Virus record (IMG/VR): IMGVR_UViG_3300044986_000368
Reading direction: 5' to 3' (one strand)
Length of the DNA stretch: 64,000 bases
Source of the DNA: an uncultured virus (IMG/VR IMGVR_UViG_3300044986_000368)
Lineage: Duplodnaviria > Heunggongvirae > Uroviricota > Caudoviricetes
This document shows, piece by piece, positions 24,471 through 33,906 of this stretch. Below the pieces are notes generated by a model that was not told where the DNA came from, ran no database searches, and saw only the letters and a program-made list of their open reading frames with translations. The number at the start of each line of letters is the position of its first letter. Position 1 is the stretch's first letter. The position numbers and the translations under genes are program-made.

Positions 24471-25268
24471 TTACTGTTTGAGCCACTTCTTCCGCTCCCA
24501 CGGGCTTATCTCCAATTCGAGGATGCCATTGCCGTAGCCATTCCATTTGCCCGTGGTTGAGCATTCGGTGTAGAGGTCAATGGCCTTGTCCATTTGAGCC
24601 TGACCAATCTCAACGGCCTCGGCTGGCGGGCTAAAGATGCAAACATCGCTCGCTTCTGTCTTTTCCGCCACAAGCCAATAAAACGGAGGCGGGTAATCAA
24701 GGCCAAGCTCAAGAGCAAGCAGAGTCCGATACCAGATCAACTGCAAGAAATAGAACCTGCTGGATGCTTCTTTGGCCCATACCTGCGGATTCGCATCTTT
24801 TGCAGTTTTGAGGTCAACGATGAACCAGTTGCCAGATTCATCCTGCCCCGCCGCGTCAATTTTGCCTTTGATTTCAATGCCGCGATACTTTTGCACGATG
24901 CCGATTTCACGCTTGGTGCATTTGCCAAGCAAGTATTGAACGTCTGCATTGCCCTGAATCGACTGGATAAGCCGCTGGCATGTCGCATAGCCATCTCGGC
25001 TCATTGTCTCTTTGTCTGCGTTGGCAGCTTTCCACGACTTTCCCTCCTTTGTTCTACCGTCCATGCCTTCCGGCATGACGGCCACTGGATAGTCTTTGCC
25101 TTCAAGGACTTTGGCGTGAACCACGGAACCGATAAGCATGTCTTCACTAGGATCAATCTTCTTTGCCAGAGAAGCCTTGTAGTGTTTTGGCGATAGCAGG
25201 ATGTTTTTGATGCTGCTAAAATTTAGAGCGGAATGCGCCCGGTAAATATCGTCTTCAAGGATAATCAT
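24471..25268 (-). CDS. RecE/ExoVIII-like PD-(D/E)XK exonuclease (DUF3799-like)
   Basis: YRAHSALNFSSIK...GSVVHAKVLE...KGKID...IVDLKT...Y.LQL.WY. Confidence 0.88.
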   Translation of the reverse strand: MIILEDDIYRAHSALNFSSIKNILLSPKHYKASLAKKIDPSEDMLIGSVVHAKVLEGKDYPVAVMPEGMDGRTKEGKSWKAANADKETMSRDGYATCQRLIQSIQGNADVQYLLGKCTKREIGIVQKYRGIEIKGKIDAAGQDESGNWFIVDLKTAKDANPQVWAKEASSRFYFLQLIWYRTLLALELGLDYPPPFYWLVAEKTEASDVCIFSPPAEAVEIGQAQMDKAIDLYTECSTTGKWNGYGNGILELEISPWERKKWLKQ

Positions 25269-26062
25269 GCTTCCACCTCCGCTTGGCTAGGAAGGTTGAG
25301 AGTTGCTTTTGCCACCTCTTTTGAAAACGCCTCATCAATAGTCGTTTGACCGTCTTTGATAGCTGTATGAAGACCAAAAAGAGTTTCAAGATCGGCCAGA
25401 TCAATATCGTCAACTGACCGCTTATTGAGCAAGGTTAAAATCTTTTCCTTTTGCACGCCCATTTTGGCAAAGGAATCCACGGCTCGCTGGCGACGTTCTG
25501 CAAGTGTTTTGGCATCACCAATAGCAACCTGTTTGGCCTGCTCAAAAATTGGCTTGATAAGAGCACCCGGCACAACTTTGAATACCGCATCGCGGAACGC
25601 AATGGCAGCACCCGCGTTGGCGGCAAGATTAATGTCATCCTCGTCAATCGCTCCATTCTTGGACTTTTTACCAACAATGCGGCGACGCTTCTCGACGGTG
25701 ACGGCTACATTTTTTTCAAGATCATGGCAGATGGCTTGAATTACAACGTGAGGGCTATCGCCGGTTGATACTGTGTCAATGATTCGGCTGCCAGCGCGAA
25801 GATTGCCGTAGCAAGACACAGCAATTTCAGCCAAACGAACAGACGGGCCTTGAATGCTTTTGCCACCACGAGGCAAGGTGTAGAAGCAGTTCTCGGCGGT
25901 TTCTTGATCCAGCGTGGCAAAGGAAAGCATGTCAGCTTTCACCTTGGAAAGTGTGCGTGGATACTTTTTGGCCGTGCTGATTTGAGTGTCAACCTCCGCT
26001 CGCGTGACTTGCTCAATGGCGGTGATACGTTCCGGTTTCAAGATTTCTAGTTCTTCGCTCAT
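25265..26062 (-). CDS. Putative ssDNA-annealing/recombination protein
   Basis: DTQISTAKKYPR...CFYTLPRGGK.I.GPSVRLAE family; position beside exonuclease and SSB. Confidence 0.55.
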   Translation of the reverse strand: MSEELEILKPERITAIEQVTRAEVDTQISTAKKYPRTLSKVKADMLSFATLDQETAENCFYTLPRGGKSIQGPSVRLAEIAVSCYGNLRAGSRIIDTVSTGDSPHVVIQAICHDLEKNVAVTVEKRRRIVGKKSKNGAIDEDDINLAANAGAAIAFRDAVFKVVPGALIKPIFEQAKQVAIGDAKTLAERRQRAVDSFAKMGVQKEKILTLLNKRSVDDIDLADLETLFGLHTAIKDGQTTIDEAFSKEVAKATLNLPSQAEVEA

Positions 26063-26676
26063 GCGTCGTGTTTCCAATGTTTGTTGTTTAGTATTTTACT
26101 GATGCAGGTTTGACTGACTCCAAAAATGTTAGCTATTTTTTGTTGAGAAATTGAGTTTCCTATTTTGCGTATTTCTTTCACCTGCCCCCTTGTTAAGGAG
26201 GCCCAATGGTGAGTTTCGCCAGATTCATTTAAGCCAAGTTGATAAGCGTGCAGACGATTTTCGCTAACTGTAACCCATTCAAGATTGTCGGGACGGTTAT
26301 CGTGTTTGATTCCATTTTTATGATTTACTTGATGCAAGTTAGAAGGAGGATCACCGTGAAACGCTTGGCAAATAAGGCGATGAACTTGAAACTGTTTTTG
26401 ATCGTTTTTGTTTCGGCACAATGTTACATGAAGATAACCAAAACCACTTAATGCTCCAACCAAAGGCTTTCTTTGTCTCAACCCGATAATATGTCCAGAT
26501 GGGGATGCTCGATAAAAATCTTCATATCCCTTGATTGGTTTTAGATTTGGATCGTTTATCAGCTTTTGGCGGTCTTCCTCCCTTTTTTCCATTTGCGCGA
26601 GCCGCTCTTTTCTTAGCTTCGCTTTTCGAGGAGCCGCCAACCTTGCCAAGAATAGATGCGATTTTTGAGAGTTCAT
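26059..26676 (-). CDS. NUMOD4-type HNH homing endonuclease
   Basis: PIKGYEDFY, VHRLI..AFH, VNHKNGIKHDNRPDNLEW, C-terminal HTH. Confidence 0.92.
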   Translation of the reverse strand: MNSQKSHLFLARLAAPRKAKLRKERLAQMEKREEDRQKLINDPNLKPIKGYEDFYRASPSGHIIGLRQRKPLVGALSGFGYLHVTLCRNKNDQKQFQVHRLICQAFHGDPPSNLHQVNHKNGIKHDNRPDNLEWVTVSENRLHAYQLGLNESGETHHWASLTRGQVKEIRKIGNSISQQKIANIFGVSQTCISKILNNKHWKHDA

Positions 26677-26818
26677 TCATAACTTATATCCCAAACGCTA
26701 GGGTTAGTCAAACCAATAATTAGTTTTGGTATTTTTAAGTCCAATTGTTTCGCTCATAGAAGTCAATCTTATCATTTTGTGCGCTGAAAAGCAACACGAA
26801 CCTTACAGAAAGTGGAAA

Positions 26819-27144
26819 TGAGAAATACTGCTTCCAAATATGTTGGAAAGTCCCCAATCCTCCCTCACGGGCAACAGTCCGTTTTGCATTAGGCTCTCAT
26901 TATTTAATCAAATTGGTTGCCTGCCGCCGCGAGAGTCCAGCTTTGGAACTGAGTTCCGCTACATTGGATTAAGTGCTCTCTCGCGCTTTCTGCTCACTCA
27001 TGCCAACGAGGCAAGTCGCGGGTGATTCACAGAGGGCCAGCACAGGCACGGCAGGCAAATTTATCAAAGATCATCAACCTAGCATTGTCAGTTTAATCGG
27101 CTTTGCAGCCAAACCTCGTCGGGCCATTGCTCAATACTAGGCTG
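26819..27144 (-). ncRNA. Cluster of three candidate structured RNAs
   Basis: Closing stems CAGCCTAGTATTG/CAATGCTAGGTTG, TTGCCTGCCG/CGGCAGGCAA and TGAGA/TCTCA; GNRA loops; no credible ORF. Confidence 0.5.
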
Positions 27145-27149
27145 AAAGT

Positions 27150-27299
27150 TTACTGACACGACTCGCAACCACCCTCAACATCGCAGGCTGGCGTTCCGAG
27201 TTCTTCGTTTAGATCGTCGTCCATCAGGCAGCAAGGTTGCGACGAATTGCAGGTCTTGGTGACTTGCTCAGTTTCGGGTTGTTCTGGTGTAGTGCTCAT
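27150..27299 (-). CDS. 49-aa acidic Cys-rich peptide ending ACDVEGGCESCQ (below the ORF-track cutoff)
   Basis: Manual translation MSTTPEQPETEQVTKTCNSSQPCCLMDDDLNEELGTPACDVEGGCESCQ*. Confidence 0.7.
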   Translation of the reverse strand: MSTTPEQPETEQVTKTCNSSQPCCLMDDDLNEELGTPACDVEGGCESCQ

Positions 27300-27425
27300 G
27301 GTGAAATTAACCTCTCGCCGACATGCCTACGCTGGAGAGGGCAGCGATAACAAGGAAAAAAGAATAAACCTCGGCTTCAATGTCTGTCGGTGACGAAGAA
27401 AACTTATGCTGCGGACGAATGGACT

Positions 27426-27725
27426 TCAAGGCAAATCTCCATTACGAATCTTTTCTTTGGCTTTCTCGATGGCCCATTCCTCGGCTTGCTTGACAATCGC
27501 AGGCTGCAAAACGTCGTGGTCAATCACGTCTCCAGTTTCCCGGTCAACTTCGCGGACAACCAAGAAGAAAATCTCAGCATCGCCGATGTATTCCGCATGG
27601 CCGTATCCGTGTTCTCGGTTGTAGTCAGAGTCGTCGCAATGCTCAACGTCAACGGTGGCTGACACCTCGAAGCAATCTTTGAGGCCCAAATCTTCGGTAA
27701 AGACTTCAACTGTGGTGGTTTTCAT
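27426..27725 (-). CDS. Hypothetical acidic protein, 99 aa
   Basis: ATGA coupling with the upstream ORF. Confidence 0.65.
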   Translation of the reverse strand: MKTTTVEVFTEDLGLKDCFEVSATVDVEHCDDSDYNREHGYGHAEYIGDAEIFFLVVREVDRETGDVIDHDVLQPAIVKQAEEWAIEKAKEKIRNGDLP

Positions 27726-27910
27726 GATGACGCTTTCTCCGGTAGTGCTAGGCGTTTCTGTTTGCGTTTGCGATACTTGAACGTGACCGGAAATCTTACA
27801 CGACGCAGCACCGTCGAGTCAAGGAACGCCACAGGTTTCTCAAACGACACGCTTTGCTCAAGGCAGTAGCGAGTGGCGGCATCAACCATGATTGAGGGGC
27901 GGAGAGTCAT
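27722..27910 (-). CDS. Hypothetical protein, 62 aa
   Basis: Operon packing. Confidence 0.55.
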   Translation of the reverse strand: MTLRPSIMVDAATRYCLEQSVSFEKPVAFLDSTVLRRVRFPVTFKYRKRKQKRLALPEKASS

Positions 27911-27911
27911 G

Positions 27912-28109
27912 TTAATCGAGTAGTTCTGCGGGCCATGAAGAAATCATATTTCCCGTTAAATGTTCTTGGCTGTCAATATCAAGCCAAGGAATTGCATTTA
28001 TTGCCACAATGGTACAGCGCCAGCCTGCGGTTGATTCGCACGGCGGATATTTAGAGAGTAGCTGCTGGCACTTGGTTTTGATTTTTTGAAGGTGTTCGGT
28101 TGTTGTCAT
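27912..28109 (-). CDS. Hypothetical protein (MTTTEH...)
   Basis: Operon packing. Confidence 0.55.
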   Translation of the reverse strand: MTTTEHLQKIKTKCQQLLSKYPPCESTAGWRCTIVAINAIPWLDIDSQEHLTGNMISSWPAELLD

Positions 28110-28110
28110 G

Positions 28111-28476
28111 TTACCAAAGGTTGAGGGTTTGTCCGAGGGCTTCACAGCGTTGGGCTGCGGTGGTGTGAAGGTCGGCTTTACACCATTGAGAAACCAGTCG
28201 GATTTTTCCGATAACGATTGTCCTTAATTCTTCTCTATACTCGAGCCATTGTTCATCAGTTAGCATTTTTTCCAACTCATGCACCGCGTTGAGGTCGTTG
28301 AAGTAATCCGGCAGTGGATCGAGCGGGATTCCAGCCAGATCGTCAATGGGTGTTTTTTGCACACATTTTTCATACGGCATTAATCGCCACGGTGCGTAGC
28401 CGATCATGTGACTGGCGACGATGCCTTTCCATCCAGCAGCCTCAGCCAGCTTGATTCGTTTTTCGTCTTGGGTCAT
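28111..28476 (-). CDS. Hypothetical phage protein (phage ABA-sandwich-like)
   Basis: LAEAAGW...PDYFNDLNAVHELEK...AAQRCEA motif. Confidence 0.7.
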   Translation of the reverse strand: MTQDEKRIKLAEAAGWKGIVASHMIGYAPWRLMPYEKCVQKTPIDDLAGIPLDPLPDYFNDLNAVHELEKMLTDEQWLEYREELRTIVIGKIRLVSQWCKADLHTTAAQRCEALGQTLNLW

Positions 28477-28667
28477 AGCGTTCCTCCCCTCTTGCGGCGA
28501 ATGTATTCAACAATCGTCATCGTATGCTGCCCATTGGGGTGCATGTCGCCGTCAAGCCAGCGTGTCATTGTGCTTTTGTTGATGTTCAGATCGCGGACAA
28601 TTCGCGCTTGCTCTCCGCGTGGAGATTCGGACAAGTGTTTTCGTAGTAGTTCGGCTATTTTGTTCAT
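28473..28667 (-). CDS. Cro/XRE-like HTH regulator
   Basis: QARIVRDLNINKSTMTRWLDG..HP. Confidence 0.7.
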   Translation of the reverse strand: MNKIAELLRKHLSESPRGEQARIVRDLNINKSTMTRWLDGDMHPNGQHTMTIVEYIRRKRGGTL

Positions 28668-29034
28668 GCTGTTTGTGGAAAAGTTTTCCGCCACTCATTA
28701 TGCCATTTTTCCGCCAGTGACGCGGCCTCGATCACTTGATTTGCGGCTCGTTTGAATTGTTCTGGACGCTTGTGCATTTGGTATTCGCCAATGGTTTGCA
28801 TGACGCTGATGGCGTGTTCGTGCCACCAAACTAGGTTTAAGAGGGCTTTTGTTGAAACGAGGGGTTTCATGGTTGTTAAACTTCACTGACATCAACTAGC
28901 GTGGAACCGAGACGATCCCACGAACGCCAGATTGCGCTGGCTGAAACGGCTGGAATCGTAAACCAGTATTCGCGGCTCTGAATCCGGTAAGTGACGCGGA
29001 AACGTGCGGGCTTTGTTTTGTTGAACATGAATCA

Positions 29035-29063
29035 ACCTTACGCTAATTCGCGGATGAATGCAA
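29035..29063 (-). promoter_or_regulatory. Sigma70 promoter with operator; leaderless start
   Basis: TTGCAT-17-TAAGGT; ATCCGC-N6-GCGTA; ATG 6 nt after -10. Confidence 0.7.
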
Positions 29064-29174
29064 GGATGTTTGCGGCTCTTTTTCGCGGCTCTGGTAGGAT
29101 TTCATCGAGTGCGGAAGTGGTAGGGTGTAAACGCATCGCCGGGTTATCAGAATTGAGAATGGCGTGAGGGCACG

Positions 29175-29210
29175 AAAAAGCCCCCGCCAGCACTAGGCCA
29201 GCGAGGGCTT
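29175..29210 (-). terminator. Intrinsic terminator
   Basis: GC hairpin AAGCCC..GGGCTT followed by a T tract on the minus strand. Confidence 0.55.
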
Positions 29211-29726
29211 GATCTTTAGCAGGCGATGCCTAGCGCATGGAGATTGGCCTTTGTCCATGCCGCGTGAGCTGTCGCCAGCTTTCTAGCTTTTTCCGTTCGT
29301 GACACAAGGCCGCTACGGTGAATGTGGATCAACGTCGGCCATTCGTGAGCTTTAAGCCCGAACACGGCCTCGGTTTCTTCCGCCTTCCGGTATCCGTCAC
29401 GCATCCCGGCTATCTTTGCGGCTGCTTCCATTTCTGTCATATTGGTGTGTCCTTTCTTTGTTTACTGGCTCGCTTGCAAGTACCACGGTTTTAGCCGTGT
29501 TAGCTTAGCGTCCTCTTTTTCCTTCCGTTCCCTTTCCTGCTCCGCCTCATGTTCCTGCCAGCGTTTAGCTAGAAGGTCAAAGAAAGCGGCGAGTTTTTGT
29601 TCGTTGGTTTGCATTTTGCTCCATTCGTTTATTTATTGTTGTTTTTATTGGTTTGCTTGGTAAAATGGCAATGCCGCCACTTCCTGTCAGAAGCAGCGGC
29701 ATCTAACCTCAACACACATATACGTC

Positions 29727-30260
29727 ATGAATGCTGAAGCTGAAGAAACCGTACAAGCGGAACCCAAATTGGTCAAATACACACCAGAACAAATCGAAAG
29801 GTTCTGGTCAAAAGTTGACAAAACAAGCCACCCCGGAGGGTGCTGGGTTTGGACGGCCTGCAAAGATAAGAATGGATATGGGCAAGTGGGCTTTAACGGC
29901 AAGGTTATTCGGGCGCATCGCGCTTCTTTTGAAATTACTTATGGCAAGTTGGGCGTCTTGGGTGGTCATCACGGCATGTGCGTTCTCCATTCCTGCGACA
30001 ACCCGCCTTGTGTGAATCCAGATCATTTGTGGACCGGAACAAATCATGAGAATATTTTAGACAAGGTTAAAAAAGGTCGCGCAAAGGTTGGTATCGGAGA
30101 ACGACAACATCTATCCAAATTGACGACGGCTCTTGTTCTTGAGATAAGAAACTCCTACGTTCCAAGAAAAGTTAGCCACAGGAAGTTGGCGGCTATTTAT
30201 AATATAGATAAGCAAACCGTGGCACGTGTTTTAAATCGTAAAACATGGAGGCATGTATAA
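29727..30260 (+). CDS. HNH homing endonuclease inserted against operon direction
   Basis: RFWSKVDK..GCWVWT...GYG...AHRAS...VLHSCDNPPCVNPDHL. Confidence 0.93.
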   Translation: MNAEAEETVQAEPKLVKYTPEQIERFWSKVDKTSHPGGCWVWTACKDKNGYGQVGFNGKVIRAHRASFEITYGKLGVLGGHHGMCVLHSCDNPPCVNPDHLWTGTNHENILDKVKKGRAKVGIGERQHLSKLTTALVLEIRNSYVPRKVSHRKLAAIYNIDKQTVARVLNRKTWRHV

Positions 30261-30263
30261 ATA

Positions 30264-30302
30264 AAAAAGCCGCCAGTCTGGCAATTAAGCAGACTGGCGG
30301 CG
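30264..30302 (-). terminator. Intrinsic terminator
   Basis: GCCGCCAGTCTG-loop-CAGACTGGCGGC with an A6 flank. Confidence 0.7.
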
Positions 30303-32331
30303 TGGTTTAGTGACAGCATCCGAGTACCAATGCGGCAAAGAAAATCGCAAAGGCCAGTGTGACGGCGAATTGGATCAGGAAATGCGGCTCCTGTGGTTCT
30401 AGGGGGTTCATTCGTGAATCCTCCAGCCATGGTTGCGGTTGCCGCAAGCATTCACGTCACCGAACACGCGAGAGCGCGTGCGCTGGCACTTGGTGCATTG
30501 CTGCGTGTGTAGTATGGCAGCGCCACCGATGCCCATGATGCCAGGGTTTTCCTTGCAGCCTCCGATATTTTGCCATTTATGCCGTTTGCATTTTTCGTTC
30601 ATGTCGTTTCCTTTCGTTTTGTTGTTTATCGGAGCTTAACGCTCCCCGCTACTCTGCCAGCTTTAGCCGACAGAGCAGACGGGAGAGTTATTCAGCTTGT
30701 TTCCATCCTTCCGCCTCGCGTTCCCCGCGAAGCTCCCGCGCTTGTTCGGCACGCTCGGAGAGTCGGCGAACATGGGCGCGGTGACTGTCCATTTCTTGCC
30801 GTGTGGCGAATTTGGATGGCAGAATCTCCAAATGGAGCCGGGAAGCGAGCCGATAAAGCTCGTCAAGGCTCATTTGGGCGATGGGTACGCGAAGCTCGCC
30901 AGCCTCGTCTCTCCTTACTTCGCAGGCCATGACTTTCCCGCTTGGGAGGCGGTCAAGGCTAAGGCCGACTATGTTGTTGGTTGCGCAGAAATCTGCTGGA
31001 TTGTGGTTTAGTTGCATGTTCATTTGTTTTAGTGGTTTGTGCTTTGCCCGGTTTTAACTCGCTAGACATGGGCAACGTCTAACGAGAGGGTTTGCGCCCT
31101 TTGCTCCCCTCCCATAAAGGAAGGGGAGACAAGGAGGCAATCAGAGCCAGCGTTGTTTCAGAGCATAGCCAGCATCTTTTTCAGTTTCACCACGGAAAAG
31201 AACGCTGGAAAGGCAATAGACAAGGTGGAAACCCATGTCCATTCCACAGCCGCCGACAACCACGGAGCCTTCGTCGTTATATCGCCATTCCAGCACATCC
31301 GAAACGATGCTAGAGATGTTCGCAACCTCGCCATTCAAGATGATCAGCGGAGTAATCCGGCGAGACATGCCAGATGCGGAAACGTGTTTTAGCATCGTGT
31401 AAACTGTGGAGCCGGTAGAAATCCAGCCCTTCAGCTTCTCGATTTGCTGTTGTCGGTACGCTTCTTGCCCTGCTTTTTTTCGGCAGCTTTTCGCATTCGT
31501 TCCAGTATTGGGGAGAATCGGTTTTGATAATCTGCCCCTCTTTTGTTTTCATGTAGTGCATAGTCGTTTCTTTCTGTTTGTTGTTTTTGTTCTTACATTA
31601 TAGCCGCAGCGAGTGCGGCTAGTATCAGTCCGCCGTAGATGAAGAGCCAGCGTATAAAACTGGCTTGATCATGGGCTTGCTGGCGTCGCCTTGCGGCTTC
31701 TCTGTAATGTTGCTGCATGTGGTACGGCATAGAGTTAGGCCAGAACCTCCGTGATTGGTTGTTTCTCGCCTCGCTCGATTGCCCCCGTGACATGATGCCG
31801 CAACAAAGCATGGGCACGAATGGCGGCAAAATTAATTTTCCATCCCGTACCCTCGCATGAGGGGCAATTATCACGCTGAATGCCTCGCTTACAAGGGCAG
31901 CGCGCCCCCGTTTTTGGCTGATAGTATTCTGTTCTCATCTGTTCTTTGGTTTGTTGTGTCGGCAGTTTTCGTCATGCGGGACGGGCTTATAGGGCCGAAA
32001 TTTTGCGGGATTTAGGGTTGCCCGCGCCCTTTTGTCAATTCTCCACCAGAATCGTAACGGCGTAGTTGTCAAAAACTGCCGCAAGGATCGTTTCGCCTGC
32101 TTTCTTGGCGCGTCGTTTGAGCGTCTCCAAGGCTTTAGAGTGATCTAACTGGCAATGTTCAAGCGAGCGTTCAACACCTCGATTCCAAGGTAAGCCGAGA
32201 ATTTTTCGGATTGGCTGGAATTGGAGTGAGGCATCTTTTGCGCCGTCGCGCTTGTCGTAGATTGGATATTCTGTTTTCATTTTTGTGCTTTGGTTTCTAC
32301 CCGGCTAATTCCGGGCAGAATGCAGAGCACG

Positions 32332-32366
32332 AAGCGCAGGGCCGCCTAACTAGCGGCCCTGCGCTT
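32332..32366. other. Strong intergenic hairpin (terminator or processing site)
   Basis: AAGCGCAGGGCCGC-CTAACTA-GCGGCCCTGCGCTT perfect 14-bp stem. Confidence 0.6.
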
Positions 32367-32982
32367 GTATCTCTACTGGATGACTTTCAGCGCGTTGTGC
32401 TTTACGTATTCCTCTAGCTGGTTGCGTGTCCACGCGACCAACAAAGGACGATAAGTTGATCTGATCAACTCTTTCACTTTTGAGAAAGGGCCGTCTCCAA
32501 AGTCTGAGACACGCATAAAGCCCAAGCTAAACGGGCCGTTTGCCACATCATTGATCAATTCGTACGCGATTGTTGGCCCCTCAGGAGCTGGATGCGTTTG
32601 GCCATGCGCCATTTCACAACATAGTTCAATGCCTTGGATTTCCAAGTCAGCGCATCGCGTGACGATTTCCAGCATGTTATTTTGCTCACCTTCTGGCAAA
32701 GCCAGGATGCGTTGTATGGGGTAAAATACCCCGATAGCGCCACGCTGGCGTGCAAGAAAGGCGAACAGGTATGGCTTAAGCGTTTGGTTCTGCATTTTTT
32801 GTTATGGTTGCCACTCTGCATTAAGTCGGACTTGTGACCGGCAGAAGGCGCGTTGTGCGCAGTCTGGTTGCATTAGCATCCTCTCTATCCTTTGAGGCAT
32901 GGCCGAATCCTGGCGACTCGGGGCGCGCCGCTTGTTTCCAAGTACCGGCAGAGAGGTACTAGCTCTCATTCAAGGCATGTAC

Positions 32983-33010
32983 ATTATACGCGCAGAAGCG
33001 TATATTGCAA
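32983..33010 (-). promoter_or_regulatory. Strong early promoter with palindromic operator
   Basis: TTGCAA-16-TATAAT overlapping TATACGC-N6-GCGTATA. Confidence 0.75.
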
Positions 33011-33075
33011 GGAGGAAAAGAGGGATTGATTCACTTTGTTTGACAAAGCGAGGGAATGAAGGGAAGCGTTAAGGC

Positions 33076-33660
33076 ATGGAGACACAAGAGAAAGAAGTAG
33101 AAAGCGAAGCGCCAGCACAATATCAGGAGGCTAAAATCGAGCCGAAAGCGGCATTTCCTGCCCCTATCTTAACGCCGGAACAGTGGTCACAAGTCAAAGA
33201 TGCCTGCGTTGCTGGAATGAGCTATCAAGACGCCGCCCGCATCTTCAAAACAAGCTATGATGCTATTCGTCAGCGTTCATGCCGTGAGAACTGGCTCACA
33301 CCTCTCAAAATTGAGAATATGAAGCGTGAATTGGCTGTCACGGAAAAAGAGAAATTGTCACAAGAGGCTGGAAAAGCCGAGAAACCCGTTCTTTTGGCTT
33401 CTCAGGCCGTCGCAGAGACACTGGAGAGTCACAGGAGCCAAACGCTGCTTGGACTCGCCAAAACGCTCAAAAACGCGATTAACAGCCCGGAGGCGCAATC
33501 TATCATTCCTGAGAATGTGTCGGAGCTTGTCCAATTGGGCGGTCTGGCGCTCAAACTCTACGGAATCGAGCAGTCCAACAGCGTTCAGGTGAACATCGTG
33601 ACCGATGGAAGCGCCGACTTTGGGGGGGATGATTTTCCCGTGATCGACGTAAATGATTGA
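33076..33660 (+). CDS. Putative terminase small subunit
   Basis: N-terminal HTH (WSQVK..VAGMSY..AARIF..SYDAIRQRS.RENW), helical middle, VQVNIV...VIDV tail. Confidence 0.65.
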   Translation: METQEKEVESEAPAQYQEAKIEPKAAFPAPILTPEQWSQVKDACVAGMSYQDAARIFKTSYDAIRQRSCRENWLTPLKIENMKRELAVTEKEKLSQEAGKAEKPVLLASQAVAETLESHRSQTLLGLAKTLKNAINSPEAQSIIPENVSELVQLGGLALKLYGIEQSNSVQVNIVTDGSADFGGDDFPVIDVND

Positions 33661-33906
33661 TTGCCAGTTGATTAGAGCTATCTACACACTCCTCATTAGT
33701 CAGGTAGGTACACCTTATGCGTAGCGGTGTAGTCTGGTAGTTAATCGAGGCACCCGGCGAGGTGTGGCGATGGTGGCCTATAGCATGACCACGGGGCGGT
33801 GGGGCAGGTGGAGCGGGGCAAGCCCGGCGGGTTCAATACGATATATAACCCCTCAAAAATTCCTCCTCCAAAGTTGAATTTACTCCCTTCTATGCGATAT
33901 TTACTC

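Larger units (their letters stand above)
28664..32795 (-). other. Early/host-takeover region of many small minus-strand ORFs (e.g. 28664-28870, 28876-29028, 29216-29440, 30408-30602, 30688-31023, 31735-31938, 32035-32280, 32373-32795)
   Basis: Co-oriented short ORFs with A/C-rich leaders and intergenic hairpins, downstream of a strong promoter near 33000. Confidence 0.7.

Noticed and set aside
27075..27144. c-di-GMP-I riboswitch (GCAAAGCC)
   Set aside because: Lacks the GGCAAAC...GNRA...GGGAC P2 context
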